In this document: positions 12,868 through 25,952 of the stretch, piece after piece
Numbering within the stretch: position 1 is the first letter of the stretch
Layout of the letters: each line of letters begins with the position of its first letter
Assembly (NCBI RefSeq): GCF_000143415.4
Contig: NW_003314301.1
Coordinates: 530,336-594,335, forward strand
DNA from: Selaginella moellendorffii
Taxonomy: Eukaryota > Plantae > Lycopodiophyta
Direction of reading: 5' to 3'
DNA: 64,000 nucleotides
Notes under the pieces: generated by a model
The model's database searches: none
Seen by the model: only the letters and a program-made list of their open reading frames with translations
What the model was told of the DNA's origin: nothing
Made by a program: the position numbers and the translations under genes

Positions 12868-13324
12868 AAATCTTAGTGATGTGCTGGAAGTGGACACTTG
12901 TCATCCACGCAGCCATGTCGTACTAACCCATTGGAACTGTTGTTGTACGGAATGCATCGTTGGCTCGTTGTTTGAAGAACCAGAGCTGGGCATTTTTCCA
13001 CGCATTGGAGAGGGAGGGGGAGCGCGCTAGGGTTTGATCTTCCAGCTATTGCTCGCGATCGATCGGGGGTGGCGGCAGCAGCAGCCAGACGCCTTGCATT
13101 GTTGCGGTTTCGCTGTATAGGTTAGTGATTCGCAGCTTCGCCGATGCTTCTCTAATGGTTGTTTGTTTCAGCGATTGTTTTGCTCACGGCTTCTCATTGC
13201 ATTCGTGTGTGAGCTGGAGCGAGTGAGCGCTGCCCTCTTTTCTTCTTCTTCAAAGTATACCGCTTTCATTCTTTCTAGTGTAGTTTGTGTTTCCTTTCTT
13301 AGACTGGATTGCCTCTGATTAGAT

Positions 13325-16300
13325 ATGAGTCTGGGGAGTGCTAAGCGATCGATTACTCGGGTGACCAGTATGCGCGATCGAGTCCAGGATTCATTGCAAG
13401 AGCATCGGAATCCGCTGCTATCAGTGCTATCGAAGTAAGAGAACTCTTTCTTTTCTTTCTCTAGGCCAGATGACGAACAAAACTTTCTTCGTATTTCCTC
13501 GTGTTTTTTCCAGGTTTGTAGCGAATGGAAGTGGGCTTTTGCAACCTCACGAACTGAAAGATGGGCTTGCAAATGCTGTCAAGGACTCGCAGCTCCTTCT
13601 CCAGCTGCAAGATGGTATCTTTGGCCGCGTTTTGCATTACACTCAGGTCCAACCAATCTCTTCTCCCTTGAGCTTTGCTAAGATAAGTTCTTCGCGTGCA
13701 GGAAGCCATGGTTTTGCCTCCTTGGGTCACTCTGGCTGTGCGACCCAGGCCTGGTGTTTGGGAGTATGTTCGAATAAACGTCGACGAGCTGACTGTGGAG
13801 CAGCTCTCAGTTTCTGAATACCTTGCGTTTAAAGAGTGTCTGACAAATGGAGTGTAAGTATTTTTTTTCTTCTCTCGTTCTTTTTTTACTTGTATTTTTC
13901 TCAACTTCCACCAGGTGCAATGACAAGTTTGTCCTTGAACTAGACTTTGAACCTTTCAACGCTCATTTCCCAAAGCTAACACGTCCCAAGTCGATTGGCA
14001 ATGGTGTACAGTTTCTTAATCGGCATCTCTCGTCTCGTTTGTTTCGTGACCAGGAGAGCATGCAACCTCTGTTTAACTTCTTACAAGTGCACAAGTATCG
14101 TGGGGAGGTAAGTTTTTTTTGTTTTATATTTGTTTGTTTTTTTCCGCTGACACAGAATTCTTGTTTTAATCAGACTCTCATGCTAAACGATAGGATCGAA
14201 ACTCTGGACAGGCTTCGACCAGCACTTGTCAAGGCTGAAGAGCAGCTGACACGGCTCCCTGATGACGCACCATATGCTGAATTTGCTTTGAGGTATTAGA
14301 ACTTACACTAACTTTGAGGAGGCTTTTGGTCACTTAAACTCTCTTCTCTCAGGCTGCAGGAACTGGGACTAGAGAAAGGATGGGGAGGCAATGCCGGAGA
14401 GGTTCTTGAGATGATTCATCTCCTGCTAGAGACGCTTCAGGCCCCTGATCCTAACACGCTCGAAAAGTTTCTCGGGAAAGTGCCTATGGTTTTCAGCGTG
14501 GTGATTCTGTCACCGCATGGCTACTTTGGCCAAGCAAATGTCTTGGGAATGCCGGATACAGGTGGACAGGCAAGTTTACGTGAAATGCAAGCTGTTTGGT
14601 CATCTCTTTAGCATTTACCGTCTTTCTGCAGATTGTTTATATTCTGGATCAAGTTCGTGCTTTGGAGCAAGAAATGCTTAGTAGAATTAAGCACCAGGGT
14701 CTTGAGATCAAGCCTCAAATCATAGTGGTACGTGATCTACACTCTATTCTCATGATCTCTGACCTTGTTTGGTCAGGTGACTCGTTTGATTCCTGAAGCA
14801 AAAGGAACCACTTGCAATCAGAAGGTGGAGAAAATCAGTGGCACTGAATACTCTCGTATTTTGAGGATTCCTTTCAGGACGAAAGAAGGAATACTCAAAC
14901 AATGGGTATCACGTTTTGATGTCTGGCCTTATTTAGAAACATTTGCTGAGGTAACTCCACCGAAGTTTGTCTGTATGCTCACTGGCGTACTGTTTGTCCA
15001 GGATGTTGCACATGAGATATGCGCCGAACTTTCGGGTCCTCCGGATTTGATTATAGGCAACTACAGCGATGGAAATCTCGTGGCTTCGTTGCTTGCGTAC
15101 AAGCTTGGCATCACTCAGGTGACTTTACCTCTCGTCATCTAGTTTTCCTTCGTTCCTACATTTTAAATCTTCTGCTCTTTTCTCAGTGTAACATTGCGCA
15201 CGCATTAGAGAAAACAAAGTATCCCGACTCGGACATCTACTGGCGGAAGTTTGATGACAAATATCATTTCTCCTGTCAGTTCACAGCCGATCTCATTGCT
15301 ATGAACCATGCTGATTTCATCATTACGAGCACTTATCAGGAAATTGCTGGAAGGTGCAGCTTTTTTTTTCCTCCCTCTCTCCTGCGTTCTAAAAGCTTAT
15401 GCATGCAGTGATGACAGCGTGGGGCAGTACGAGAGTCATGCCGCGTTTACGCTACCAGGCCTGTATCGTGTGGTCGACGGAATTGATGTGTTCGACCCGA
15501 AATTTAACATTGTTTCGCCTGGAGCTGACATGACCATCTACTTTCCATTCACTGAAAAAGAACGGCGACTGACGTCGTTGCATGGGCAACTTGAGCAACT
15601 TGTTTATGGTACCGAACAGAACGACGTCCATGTGTAAGTGCTTGTTTTCGTTTTTTAGTCTTCGATCAACTTAACGATTGATCTGCAGGGGAACTATAAG
15701 CGATCGATCAAAGCCTCTCATTTTCTCCATGGCGCGCCTGGACCGAGTGAAAAACATCTCCGGCCTGGTGGAATGGTTTGCGAAGAACCCGCGACTGAGG
15801 AAACTCGTGAGCCTGGTGGTTGTTGCCGGAGACATCGATCCGGCGAAGTCGCGAGACCGGGAGGAAATCGACGAGATTCACAAGATGCACGGGCTCATGG
15901 AGGAGTACAACTTAAAGGGCGACTTCAGATGGATTTGCGCGCAGAAGAACCGAGTCCGCAACGGAGAGCTGTACCGTTTTATAGCGGATAGTCGCGGTGC
16001 TTTCGTCCAGGTATGAGAACAGTGCGTTGCTTCGCTTTCTTTCCTGATCGACTCATATCACCTTTGACTTGCGCAGCCTGCGATTTACGAAGCTTTTGGA
16101 CTGACAGTAGTGGAGGCAATGACTTGCGGTCTACCATGTTTCGCAACCTGCAAAGGAGGCCCCGCGGAAATCATTGTGAATGGCGTGTCCGGCTTTCACA
16201 TTGACCCGCACCATGGTGAAGCAGCCAGCAACATCATGGCCGATTTCTTCGAAAAATGTCTCGCAGACAAGGACTACTGGAACAACATCTCGGCGGCTGG

Positions 16301-16795
16301 CCTGGAGCGCATTTATGAACGGTACGCTGCGATTTACACATTCTCGCTTCATGTTTCTCGCTGTTCTCTCTCTGCAAGAAGCTAAGCTATGCTTCGTTTG
16401 GCTTTGCTTTTCGCAGGTATACCTGGAAGATCTACGCGGAGAGGCTCATGACACTGGCGGGAGTGTACGGCTTCTGGAAGTATGTGTCGAAACTGGAGAG
16501 ACGAGAGACTCGACGCTACCTGGAGATGTTCTACATCCTGAAGTTCCGTGAACTGGTACGCGTTTTTGACACTTCCCGTGTGATTGATTGATGTGAGAAA
16601 AGAGGCAAAAACTTACGTACGATGGCAACTTGCAGGCCAAGAGAGTACCACTTTCCAGCGACAAGGAAGATGTTGACGAGAAGATTTCGAAGAAAACTCA
16701 TGTCAAAGAAGGTCAGGCTTAAAAAGAAGAGAATGCTTTTCTTCATCGAGTGGAGTAGCCAGCAAATCTTCGCAAGCTTGCAAGCAAGGAAGTAA
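13325..16795 (+). CDS. SUS: Sucrose synthase
   Basis: [91 protein letters not shown] 5'-UTR intron lies at ~13100-13323. The 3' end is approximate. Confidence 0.96.
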
Positions 16796-17762
16796 AAAAA
16801 GCGAGAAGTAGAAGCGTACTACCACTGCTCGACTCTGGAAAGAGAGCCCAAGCAAATCAAAGGAGAGAGCCTCTTGTTGGACGACTCTCTTAAAGCTTTG
16901 TGATCGATTCGATCTGCTTCTCTTTCATACTTCACTTAAAATCGCTCCACTCGCGAAAAAAGAGTGTGATGAATAATATAAAATCTTCTTCGTCTTTCCT
17001 CCCCCACCTGTCTGTCCATGATGGAGAAAGCTCTGGCCCTTTTTAAACGAGACGAATATTCGTCTTGCAGGACACGTGTCGTTTTTGAGTGCCCTAAATC
17101 CTCGCCACTACAGACGAGCCAAGTGTCATTTCTAACAACCATTGGATAAGCTTGTATATTCCGACAAATGACAGCACATCGAGACCGTCGCCTCCAAATT
17201 GAATCCAACGGTGGCAGTGTAACTGATGTCATCTTCCAGGAGTTTCGCTAATTACGACGGTAAAAGACGAGCACGCGGGCGAGGGGTCGCAGTGAAAAAT
17301 GGTTTATTACCGCCTGGTGGATTCGCCCCTCCCCTGTACAGTATACGGAAGCAGGTGGGTGTAAATGTAAAGTGGTAAGAAAGAAAATCTTTGTTACCCG
17401 GCGTTACTCGAGAGACTTACGGGACTTCTTCCCTTCCCCTTTTCTTACCTTTGGTCTTTTGATCTTCGATAGAGCTATAGGCGGAGCTCTTGGCTATGGC
17501 GGTCGAGCTCCCGACGCGAGATCTTCCGCGATAATCCGCGATATTTCGTGCAATCTCTTGCTTCTCCTCCTCAATCTCGATCCAATGCTCTGTTCTTTGA
17601 TCGATCGGGGGCCGAGTCCGTGAAATTTCGGGTCGATCGGGCGATAGCAGCTGGGATCGCGTCAGGGTCGAGGTGCATGTGAGGATTTTCTAGCGCTGCC
17701 AAAGGATATAGAGTTAGGAAAGAGGAGATCGTCGCTTAGGGTTTTGGCGGCCTGATTGGAGA

Positions 17763-19338
17763 ATGATGTCCCGGGAGATGGAACGATGGCGCCTCTTCTT
17801 TGAGAACTCCGGGGAAGATCTCTGGAGTGTCATCGACTGGGCGCTCACCATTGCGGCCGTGAATTACCCCAAGGAGTTGCGAATGAGGAGGGATGGCTTT
17901 GCCGAAAAGCTGTTTGCGCCGTCAAACTACCCACTGGTGGCGACCAATTGTGGCGGTGGAGCTCCATTGCTACTGGCTGGAGGATCGGACAGGAAGGACA
18001 GCCTCGATCGTGATCACGATGACGATCAGGGCGAGGAAGAGGAGAATGCCGATGCCCGGAACCTCGCTCCAGCAGATGACGACGAAGAAGAGGCCGTGAG
18101 GCGTGAAGTTCTAAGCATTGGGCAGACGCTCGAGAGGGATCAAAACGAGGTATGCTTTTTCCTTGGAATTTATGTCCACTTGTTCCACTTGTATGATGTG
18201 ATTCTTCCATTCCAGCCAGCGGAGAAGCTTTTGAAGCCAATTGAGAGATTAGAACAGCTCCAGATCTCTGTCCAAGCCTTAAAGGTGGGTGCGAATTCAT
18301 CGGTCTTTCTAGAAATCCTTAAATCGGGTTTTTTTCTTTTTTTGTGGTTCATAGGTGACTGGAATTGGGATGATTGTCAATAAATTGCGTAAGCACCACA
18401 AGTCGAGCCGCGTCAAGGCCGGTTGCAAGAAACTTGTAAAGTAAGCCCGTGACCTCCACAGGGAGAAGAGCTTCATTGTTTCTTAGCTTCCTTCCTTTTT
18501 TTACACTTTTGTGGTAGGCTGTGGAAGGACGTCGTTGATGAATGGGCCAAGACTGCGGACGCGGCCGATGCAGACGAACTTGCTCTTCCCAACGAGGCAG
18601 TCAATGAAGTGGAAGTGATTGAAGAACGGCTACCACACAGAGTGGACCTGTTAAGCAGTTCCGTGTCGAGCGTTACTCAGCCACCCCCTTTACAAATGCT
18701 TGACAACGGAGGAGAGGATAGTATGTGTAAGTCTCCCAATCTCTCACGTTTTTTTCTTTCTTTCTCAAGCTAACTTTGAAGCTGCGAGTGGCTGCAGTTG
18801 GATGTTCGCCCTCTGATGACCGGGAGGACCACCACAAGTCTCATCGGATTAGTTATCCACCGTCGGAGCATAGTAAGATGCTAAATGGACCGTCATTCCA
18901 ACCCAGTGGCAAATGGATGGATGATGATAGAACAAGGACGGGAAGAGCCCCGGTTGCAGCCCCCAGTTCTGCAAGTGCAAGGAAACCACCGACAACAAAG
19001 CCGAGTGTAAGTCTCAAGAGGTTTCTTCAATTATTTCGCAGTCGGGAAAAGCTCACTCTTCAATTTCTGCAGAGACCATCTTTTCAAGAGAGCGGCTCCC
19101 TGACAGAGAAGCAAAAGCTAGAAACTACAAAGAGATTAATTCATGACCAGTATCAACAAGCTGCAAATGGTAGGATTTATTTCGGACGAGAGGTAGTGGA
19201 AAGCTGACAGCGATTATGTCTGCAGTAAAGAGGCAAAGAACTGTGCAAGTGATGGACATGCAAGATGTTCCTCAAGATCGGCCTGGTAACCATCTCAAAG
19301 CAGGTTCTGGAAACACCAGAAGGCCAGTCCAGCGCTAA
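17763..19338 (+). CDS. MED26: Mediator subunit 26-like (TFIIS N-terminal domain) protein
   Basis: N-terminal WRLFF..DLWSVIDWALTIAA..RRDGFAEKLF, TFIIS-N region ALKVTGIGMIVNKLRKH..WK, C-terminal KLETTKRLIHDQYQQAANVKRQRTVQVMD. Confidence 0.85.
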
Positions 19339-19947
19339 GTAGCCCAGCAGAAGAGTGTGAAGGTTGAGTTCACTATAGGAAACGGCGGAGAAGAGCCTTG
19401 TACAGACGAAAAGAAAAGCAAAAAAGAGGGAAGGATCGTCTCACTCGTTCGTCACTATACTGCACGACAAGGCCAAGCAAAGTGAAGGAGAGATTTATCC
19501 GGCGGTGCTAGGAGTGATATAACAGGTCGAGGACAGACACGCCACAGGGGGAGGAAACGAGGGTCTATAAAATTTATGGAGGAAATATTATCTCACTTGG
19601 GAAAGAAGAGAACAGACAGGACACAGGGGCAATACATAATTTTGTAGGCTAGCTTACATACAGGGATCCAGGGAAAAGGTTTCTTTAAAGGTACAGGCAG
19701 GAAAGAGAGAGCTTTAGTTAAGCTATGGTGAAAAGAAGAAAGAGCGAACAAATAATTTACAGTGACTCTTTTGGCTGGTTCTGAACAAGTAAGTTGATCC
19801 AGCACCAAATTTTGAAAGACAAGAAGAGTAAGTTGAGGCAGCGAAACACAATCACCGTAAGTAGTCATGCTTGGTGCTTTCCTAATCTCGTCCAGGAAAA
19901 AAGCTGTCAAGTTTTCAAAGCCAGGTGGTGGCCTGCGAAGAATCCGC

Positions 19948-20433
19948 TCACGCCGCGGCCGACTGCTTGATAAACTCGATGCATTCCGCGACAGCATCTT
20001 GCGAGTAAGACGAGGAGGAGGAGGAGTCGAGGCGAGCAAACGACAAGGCGGCTCCATCTCTCTCGTGCTCCTGCCGGAGGTTTGTACCGCTGTTGCTGTT
20101 TCTTGCCGCGCTCTTCTTTCTGATCGTGCTGCTTCTTTTGGAGACAGATGTGGCCGAGTTTGGCGCCGCCACCATGAGCTTGACTTTGCTCCACGCCCCC
20201 TTGAGCTTGTCGACAATGCCGGTGTGGATGACGCTTGCCTTGAACTTGGGGAGCGTCACCTTGCACTTGTCCTTCTTGATCCAGCTCGCCTTGGTGAAGC
20301 TGGACTTTCTTTCCTCGCGCTGGCTGAGGCTAAGGTGGTGGCCTGTTCTTCGCCGCGGCGCGAGGCAGATCTGCAGGAAATCCGGGCTGCGGAGATCGAT
20401 GATCCGGGATGATGGTCTGGTGCTGCTAGACAT
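19948..20433 (-). CDS. Small basic plant protein of the 'josephin-like' annotated family (no Josephin domain)
   Basis: Intronless ORF ending SSSSSYSQDAVAECIEFIKQS, a motif shared by this family. Confidence 0.6.
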   Translation of the reverse strand: MSSSTRPSSRIIDLRSPDFLQICLAPRRRTGHHLSLSQREERKSSFTKASWIKKDKCKVTLPKFKASVIHTGIVDKLKGAWSKVKLMVAAPNSATSVSKRSSTIRKKSAARNSNSGTNLRQEHERDGAALSFARLDSSSSSSYSQDAVAECIEFIKQSAAA

Positions 20434-20886
20434 TCTAGTCAAGATCGAGATCAAGATCAAGAGTTTTCTTTCTTTTTTTTTTTATGGTTCTTTAATCTCT
20501 TCTCCTGGTTTGCTTTCTTTTTTGGTGATAGGAGACCCCACAAGAAGAAGAAGGAAAGAAGAAAAACGAAGCAAGCAAGCGTGCTGTACTTGCTTCCACT
20601 GGAAAAGACGTGCTTTTGCTTGCTTGCCTGCCTGCTTGCTCGTGCTCGCCAAGAACCAGCACACGCGCCCTTCTTCTTCTTCAAACCGAATGACGGGCTG
20701 CCACGGCCGTCACCCTGAAGGGCAGGAAAGATCCCCCGAATCTTTAAACCTGGATATTCTTTGGATATTTCATCTGTGACGGTTACAATAGAAGAAAAAA
20801 TGGATTTTGTTCTTAAAAGTCTGTCCAGCGGGTGAAAATTCTTTCTGGGAGGACAAAAACGAATGCGCTGCTGCTTGCTTGCTTGG

Positions 20887-21080
20887 CTACATTCGTCGCG
20901 ACTTCATGGGAGGTTGATAATTCGGGTTTTGCATCGCGTCTCTCCTCCTTCCCTGGAGAAATAAAACCAGCAAGAAAGTTTATAACATACTGTTCTATCG
21001 AGGTCATGCTATATCCTGTATTAAGAACGTAAGAAAGAACGAAGTTTTTGTACCTGGTGTTGCTGGTGTTGATGGTGTTG

Positions 21081-21116
<36 letters not shown>

Positions 21117-23315
21117 GTGATGAGCAACCTGCTGGAGCTGCTGGCCTCTCTGGACGAACATATTCGCGGCGAGGCCGGCCATGGCTGGCTGAGCGCCCAC
21201 GTTGAAAGCTCCCATGCTCGCAGTTTGTAGCCTCTGCATTCCGACCAAGGGCATCTGCTGGTGGTGCATGGGACGAACCGCATTTGCAGTCGCACTAGCT
21301 GCAGCAGCTGATGCTGCTGACGCGGGGAGCGAGTTGGAGGTCGACATCTGAGAGCCACGAAATGTGGAAACCATCAGAAAGCTGCTGCCACCACCACACT
21401 GCAGAGGGGAAAAAAAGGCTTGTTTTCTTTTCCTGTTTCGTACCATCTGGGTGTTTTGAATGGAGCCACTGCCTTCGAAATCCGTGGAGCTATCCACGGG
21501 ACGCGCAGGGTACTGCACAACTTTCTCGCCGGGTTGGCCATAGACAAGTGCACTACCTTCCAAAATTGCGCATGGTTAGATGACCCCTCACGAAAGATAA
21601 AGCAAACAAATGGTTCTGATGAGAAAACGACGCACTTACTTTCGACCAGGGAGGGGATCGCTTCGGAAATATCTGTACAGAAAAAAAAAAAGGAAAACAC
21701 AAGCAGAGGTCAGGGTGCGTACATCCACGACGAACTACAGATCGTACTCGTGATCCAGCGCTTGTGCTGCAGTTATACGCTTTACTGGGTCATACCTGCA
21801 CGTCTCGAGAAGGTTAGACAGCAAGTAAGCTTGTATACAGAGAGTTTACTCGAGCATTCGTGATAGCAAGTCGAATGCTAGGCCCTTCGGTTGGAGATTG
21901 ACGACGGTGTGCAAACCAGGATTATCGCTGTAGGGACAGACCAGAAAAGGTGGCATAACGCGCAGGTGAAAGTAACGACACTTACTACTTTCGACTCTGG
22001 ATTAGCTGACGGTTAGCTAACCAATGCGGCAAATTGGAAAGCATCGGCCATCTTTCTGTTGTCGGATGACCTGCATAACGGACTCTCTCCATTAGAAACT
22101 TAAGCTCAAACAACACCAACCATCACCTAAGACTTTGAAAATTTTGTCAAGTTGGTCCAGCTGAAGTAAAGGAAAACACACAGTTGGTGAATCAAACAGG
22201 TGGCGGGTAGTACCTGAAACGGATTTGGGCCTGTTTTATCCTCTGCACCCTGGAAGAGAGGCTTCAAGGTCAAAAGCTCCGCAAAAATACATCCTACTGC
22301 CCACATATCTAGTGAGATATATGATTAAGGAACGCATACGGCGTGATATAACAAAACGATCTTAGAAAGGATACCGACAGCACAGGTGTAGTGTTTAGCT
22401 CCGAGAAGAAGCTCGGGTGCCCTGTACCATATCGTAACAACGACCTACAAAGTCAAAAAAAACTTCATGAAACAAAATGCAAAGAGGAGAAGTTAGTACT
22501 CACCCCATTGTCAGATAAAGGCTTCAATGGCGCCTGATAAATTCTTGCGAGTCCAAAATCACCAATTTTGACAAGTCCTTGCTCGTCACCGTCCCCCGAC
22601 ACTCCCATAACCTGACGATCCCAATGAATACTCAAGTCAAGCGAGCGGAACGAAATTATAGACTCACTAATATGTTTGATGGTTTGAGATCTCGATGAAT
22701 AATCCAGTTACTGCAAGCGCGTAAGTGAGCTTCGGATTTAGCTAGTAGAAAACTTCACGAACCTATGAAGGTAATTGATTCCATTCAAAATTTGCCACAG
22801 CAAAGACTTGACGGTGTAGGGATTGATCTGGAAAAGTAGCTTCTCACGGTGGTGCCGAATAATTTCCTGTCAAGAAGAAAGAAAAGAAAAACAGATGAAG
22901 AGAGGAAGAGTCAAGGAGTGCTCGAAAACTTACATAAAGATCGTGCTCGGCATACTCAAATGCCAAATACAAAGACATATCCGCGTGATTGATGTGCACA
23001 TCGACGAGTTTGACGACATTCTCGTGCATACATTCCCTTAGCAGCTGCGCAAAAAAAAAAAATCCAAACTTTAAGCGAGAATGCCGCCATTTCCCACAAT
23101 CCACTGACCATAATCTCCCTAATCGCGGTCGGGGAGACGCCATCGCCCTCCTTGGACTGCTTAAACTTCTTAATCGCGATCTTCACGCCTCGATTCGATA
23201 CGAGCTTACTCTTGGCCAGGTAGACAAGGCCGTAAGTGCCCTCCCCGATCTTCCCCAGGAGCTCATACTGCTGGAGCCACGCCGGCCGCGCGCGCTTGGC
23301 GATCCCATCCGCCAT
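20887..23315 (-). CDS. CDKE1: Cyclin-dependent kinase E;1 (CDK8/HEN3)
   Basis: GEGTYGLVY, the class-diagnostic [31 protein letters not shown]. PolyQ tail; last exon ends ..PPMKSRRM*. Confidence 0.95.
21082..21113 (-). repeat. (CAG)n tract encoding polyQ in the CDKE tail
   Basis: Run of tgc repeats on the + strand; translates as [15 protein letters not shown]. Confidence 0.9.
22309..22374 (-). other. U12-type (minor spliceosome) GT-AG intron in CDKE1
   Basis: Donor GTATCCTTT; branch site TTCCTTAAT about 14 nt before the 3' AG. Splicing restores CAV|DMWAVGC. Confidence 0.85.
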
Positions 23316-23469
23316 TCCCTCCCCCCTCCAAAAACCCTACCATTCAAGAGCCCTAGAAAACAGGGCCTACTATTAGGGCTTTTTTGAAACTTTAATTACT
23401 TTTTAATTTAATTTTTATTACAGATTTTTATTTGTAATTTTTAGCTTTAAATATTTAATTTTAATCTAA

Positions 23470-24534
23470 TTAATAAAAATATGTTTCTGATATATAACTA
23501 GCTTCCCGTTTCATCATGAGCATCTTATACATTTCAAGACATGTTCTTTCGTCAGGATCCAATAAGTTGCAAAATGCCTCAAACAAGAGCCATTCATCCT
23601 TCCAGTGAGTTATCAGCATCTGCTTGACGACTCTAGGGAACGGCTGGTACGAATTTCTGGTTGCTAGCTCAAACAGGGATATAACAGTATCTTTTTCGAC
23701 TGGCTCAGTGTATATACTCTCTAGATAAGCTTCGGCTAATTTTTTATCGTCCAATTTGATCAGGTTTCTCTTCATGGCATCCGCTACAAACGTCTTTCCC
23801 AATATCTTTTGAACCTTGTCAAGGTGGTGGATAAGGTGTGAAGTTGGGTTCACTGCCACCCTGCCTCTACAGCTTGTTTCAGGACAGAGACAATGCTCTC
23901 GGGGCCTATAGTACAATCCAATGCAGCCTGGTAAGCTTGTCCTTCATCACATATCTCAAGTGCCAAACTGAGAGCCTTATCATATCTCATTCCGGAGAAA
24001 ACATATTTGGCCTGTATTTTAACGCCCTTGGCTTTTGCCTCTAAACCCACGAAGCGCTTAAACTCCCAACACGAACTTCTTTCCAATACGTGTTCGTAAA
24101 CATGTCGCTTTGCAGTGGCATTCGAATGCTCCTCGACCATCTTGCGGAAGATCTCCTCGCTGGCTGTCCACAGCAGCATCTCGCGTTTGTAACCCAGAGC
24201 TTTCATTGTGTCCATGGAGTACAAAAACTTGGGAGGCTCACGGACAAAAGGATATGCAAGCGCTCTCCTGAAAGTCTCCTCTTCACATGTTTCGTCCAGA
24301 AATTCCAGAGCCGTGTATGCAAAACCTTCGTCAAGAAGCCTTCGGACCATCGTGTTAGGGTGCCTCTTCCCGCTGAGTTTGTGGAAAACTAAAGCTTTCA
24401 ACGGTGCTGCCTTGGCAAGAATATCATCAATCAGCTCGTTCGAGAAGAGTTCTTGACATTCCCTGTGAAGGATGCCAAGCCCACGGCACAATTGGCTGTC
24501 CAATTCCACGTTTCTTACCACCAACTTTCCATCA
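23470..24534 (-). pseudogene. Unidentified intronless ORF family, copy 1 (frameshifted)
   Basis: ~350 codons in two frames, with frameshifts just after the ATG and at ~23850. Homologous to the copies at 26.7-27.1 kb and 29.1-29.9 kb (LxFHxLSGKRxxNTMVRRLLDE). Confidence 0.6.
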
Positions 24535-25299
24535 TTCTAAACCTACCACCTTCTTTAGACTAATTTAAATTACCCCTCAATATATAATTTGGCCTTTGTA
24601 GTGGGAAGAATGGCCGACAACGTTGGACGACATGACTACTGCCTTGTTTAAGTGCAAGGCCTTCTCAATTGCACCATACTTCACTGGGGTCGAAGGTAAG
24701 GTCCATACTTATTTTGGCTCAGCTTGCAAGATAATTTCATCAGTTGGCCAGCTAATTGCTACTTAGTGGCTATGATGAATCACTCTTTTGCATTGAATGT
24801 TCATCTTCCAGTGGAGAGTCTAGCATCCCATCTTATTAAGAGTTGCAGTGTTGCAGAAGGAAGAGCAGTGTCAATATAAACTAAAAAAGTTACACTTTCA
24901 ACATCAATTATTGCACACTTGATAGACAAATCTATATTGCTCACCAAGATTAAGATCCTATTGGTGTATCAAAAAAGCCCAATTCCTCACAATAGCGAAT
25001 TCTTGAGATATCAAGCAGGAAGAGTTTGTAGAAGGTGAGAAATTTGCCACCCAAAAGGAGGTCCAATATATTCGCGCTCCTCCTCGCTTCTCCTTTTTTC
25101 TTGATCTTCAGGAAATCGTTGAGACGCTTTCTCAATGGAAACGATTTTAAAAAAAGAGAGAAAATTATATCTTCCTGACACTTCATCAAGTGTGTAATTA
25201 GCATCTTTTTCAAGATGAGTTTGGCTGGTTCAAACAGGGCTCTAATATTTTCCTCATTGAGAGGGGGTTTTCATTATATAATGACTTTTTATTCTATGT

Positions 25300-25745
25300 G
25301 TTTTTTACTAGAAATAACATATGGTTCTCTCAAGTATTATTCTGAAAATGGAATTAATCTGGTTTTCAACATACATAACATTGTAGTGTATTATATATGT
25401 AATATAAAACTAGAACACTATGGTTTTCAATGTAGATAACATGTGATTCTCTCAAGCATAATTTCAAAACCAGAACACAATCTGGTTTTCAATATAGATG
25501 TGTACTATCTGTACTGAAATACAATATGGTTTTTAATGTAAATAACCATATAAGTAATCATATGGTTTACACTATCTAATACACTATATGATGATTTCTT
25601 CAAACATTTTTATGAAATTGAAACTCAATACAGTTTTTGTTGTACATGACAATACGATTATCTCGAGCACTATTAAAAAACTGATACACAATCTAGTTTT
25701 CAATATAGATAACATATGACTCTCTAAAGTATAATCTAGTTTTAT
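25300..25745. repeat. Degenerate AT-rich tandem repeat, ~50-60 bp period (core (c/a)tggttttcaatatagataac)
   Basis: Core variants at ~25360, 25420, 25480, 25525 and 25692. Confidence 0.55.
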
Positions 25746-25873
25746 ATAAAAACAACACTTCGGATATTTTTAGTATGAGGCTCAAATCTTACCGAAGCCC
25801 CATTCTTTGGCCATGGCACTTCTTCTCTGCTCAGCCATGGCAACAGCATGGGGGGGAGGAGGGGGGGTCACAC

Positions 25874-25952
25874 GGTCATGGGACTTCTCTGTCATCAATG
25901 TCCACCGGGGGGAGGCATGGTCATGGGACTTCTCTGTTATCAATGTCCACCG
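25874..25952. repeat. Two-copy ~44-bp tandem duplication (ggtcatgggacttctctgt.atcaatgtccaccg)
   Basis: Direct repeat visible in the sequence, in a CCATGG-rich block. Confidence 0.75.

Noticed and set aside
7879-16795. SFR2 + SUS as a desiccation or freezing tolerance cluster
   Set aside because: Only adjacency, separated by an unrelated pseudogene, with no sequence evidence of co-regulation.
25300-25745. Regularly spaced repeats superficially like a CRISPR array
   Set aside because: Eukaryotic context, degenerate repeats, related spacers and no cas genes.
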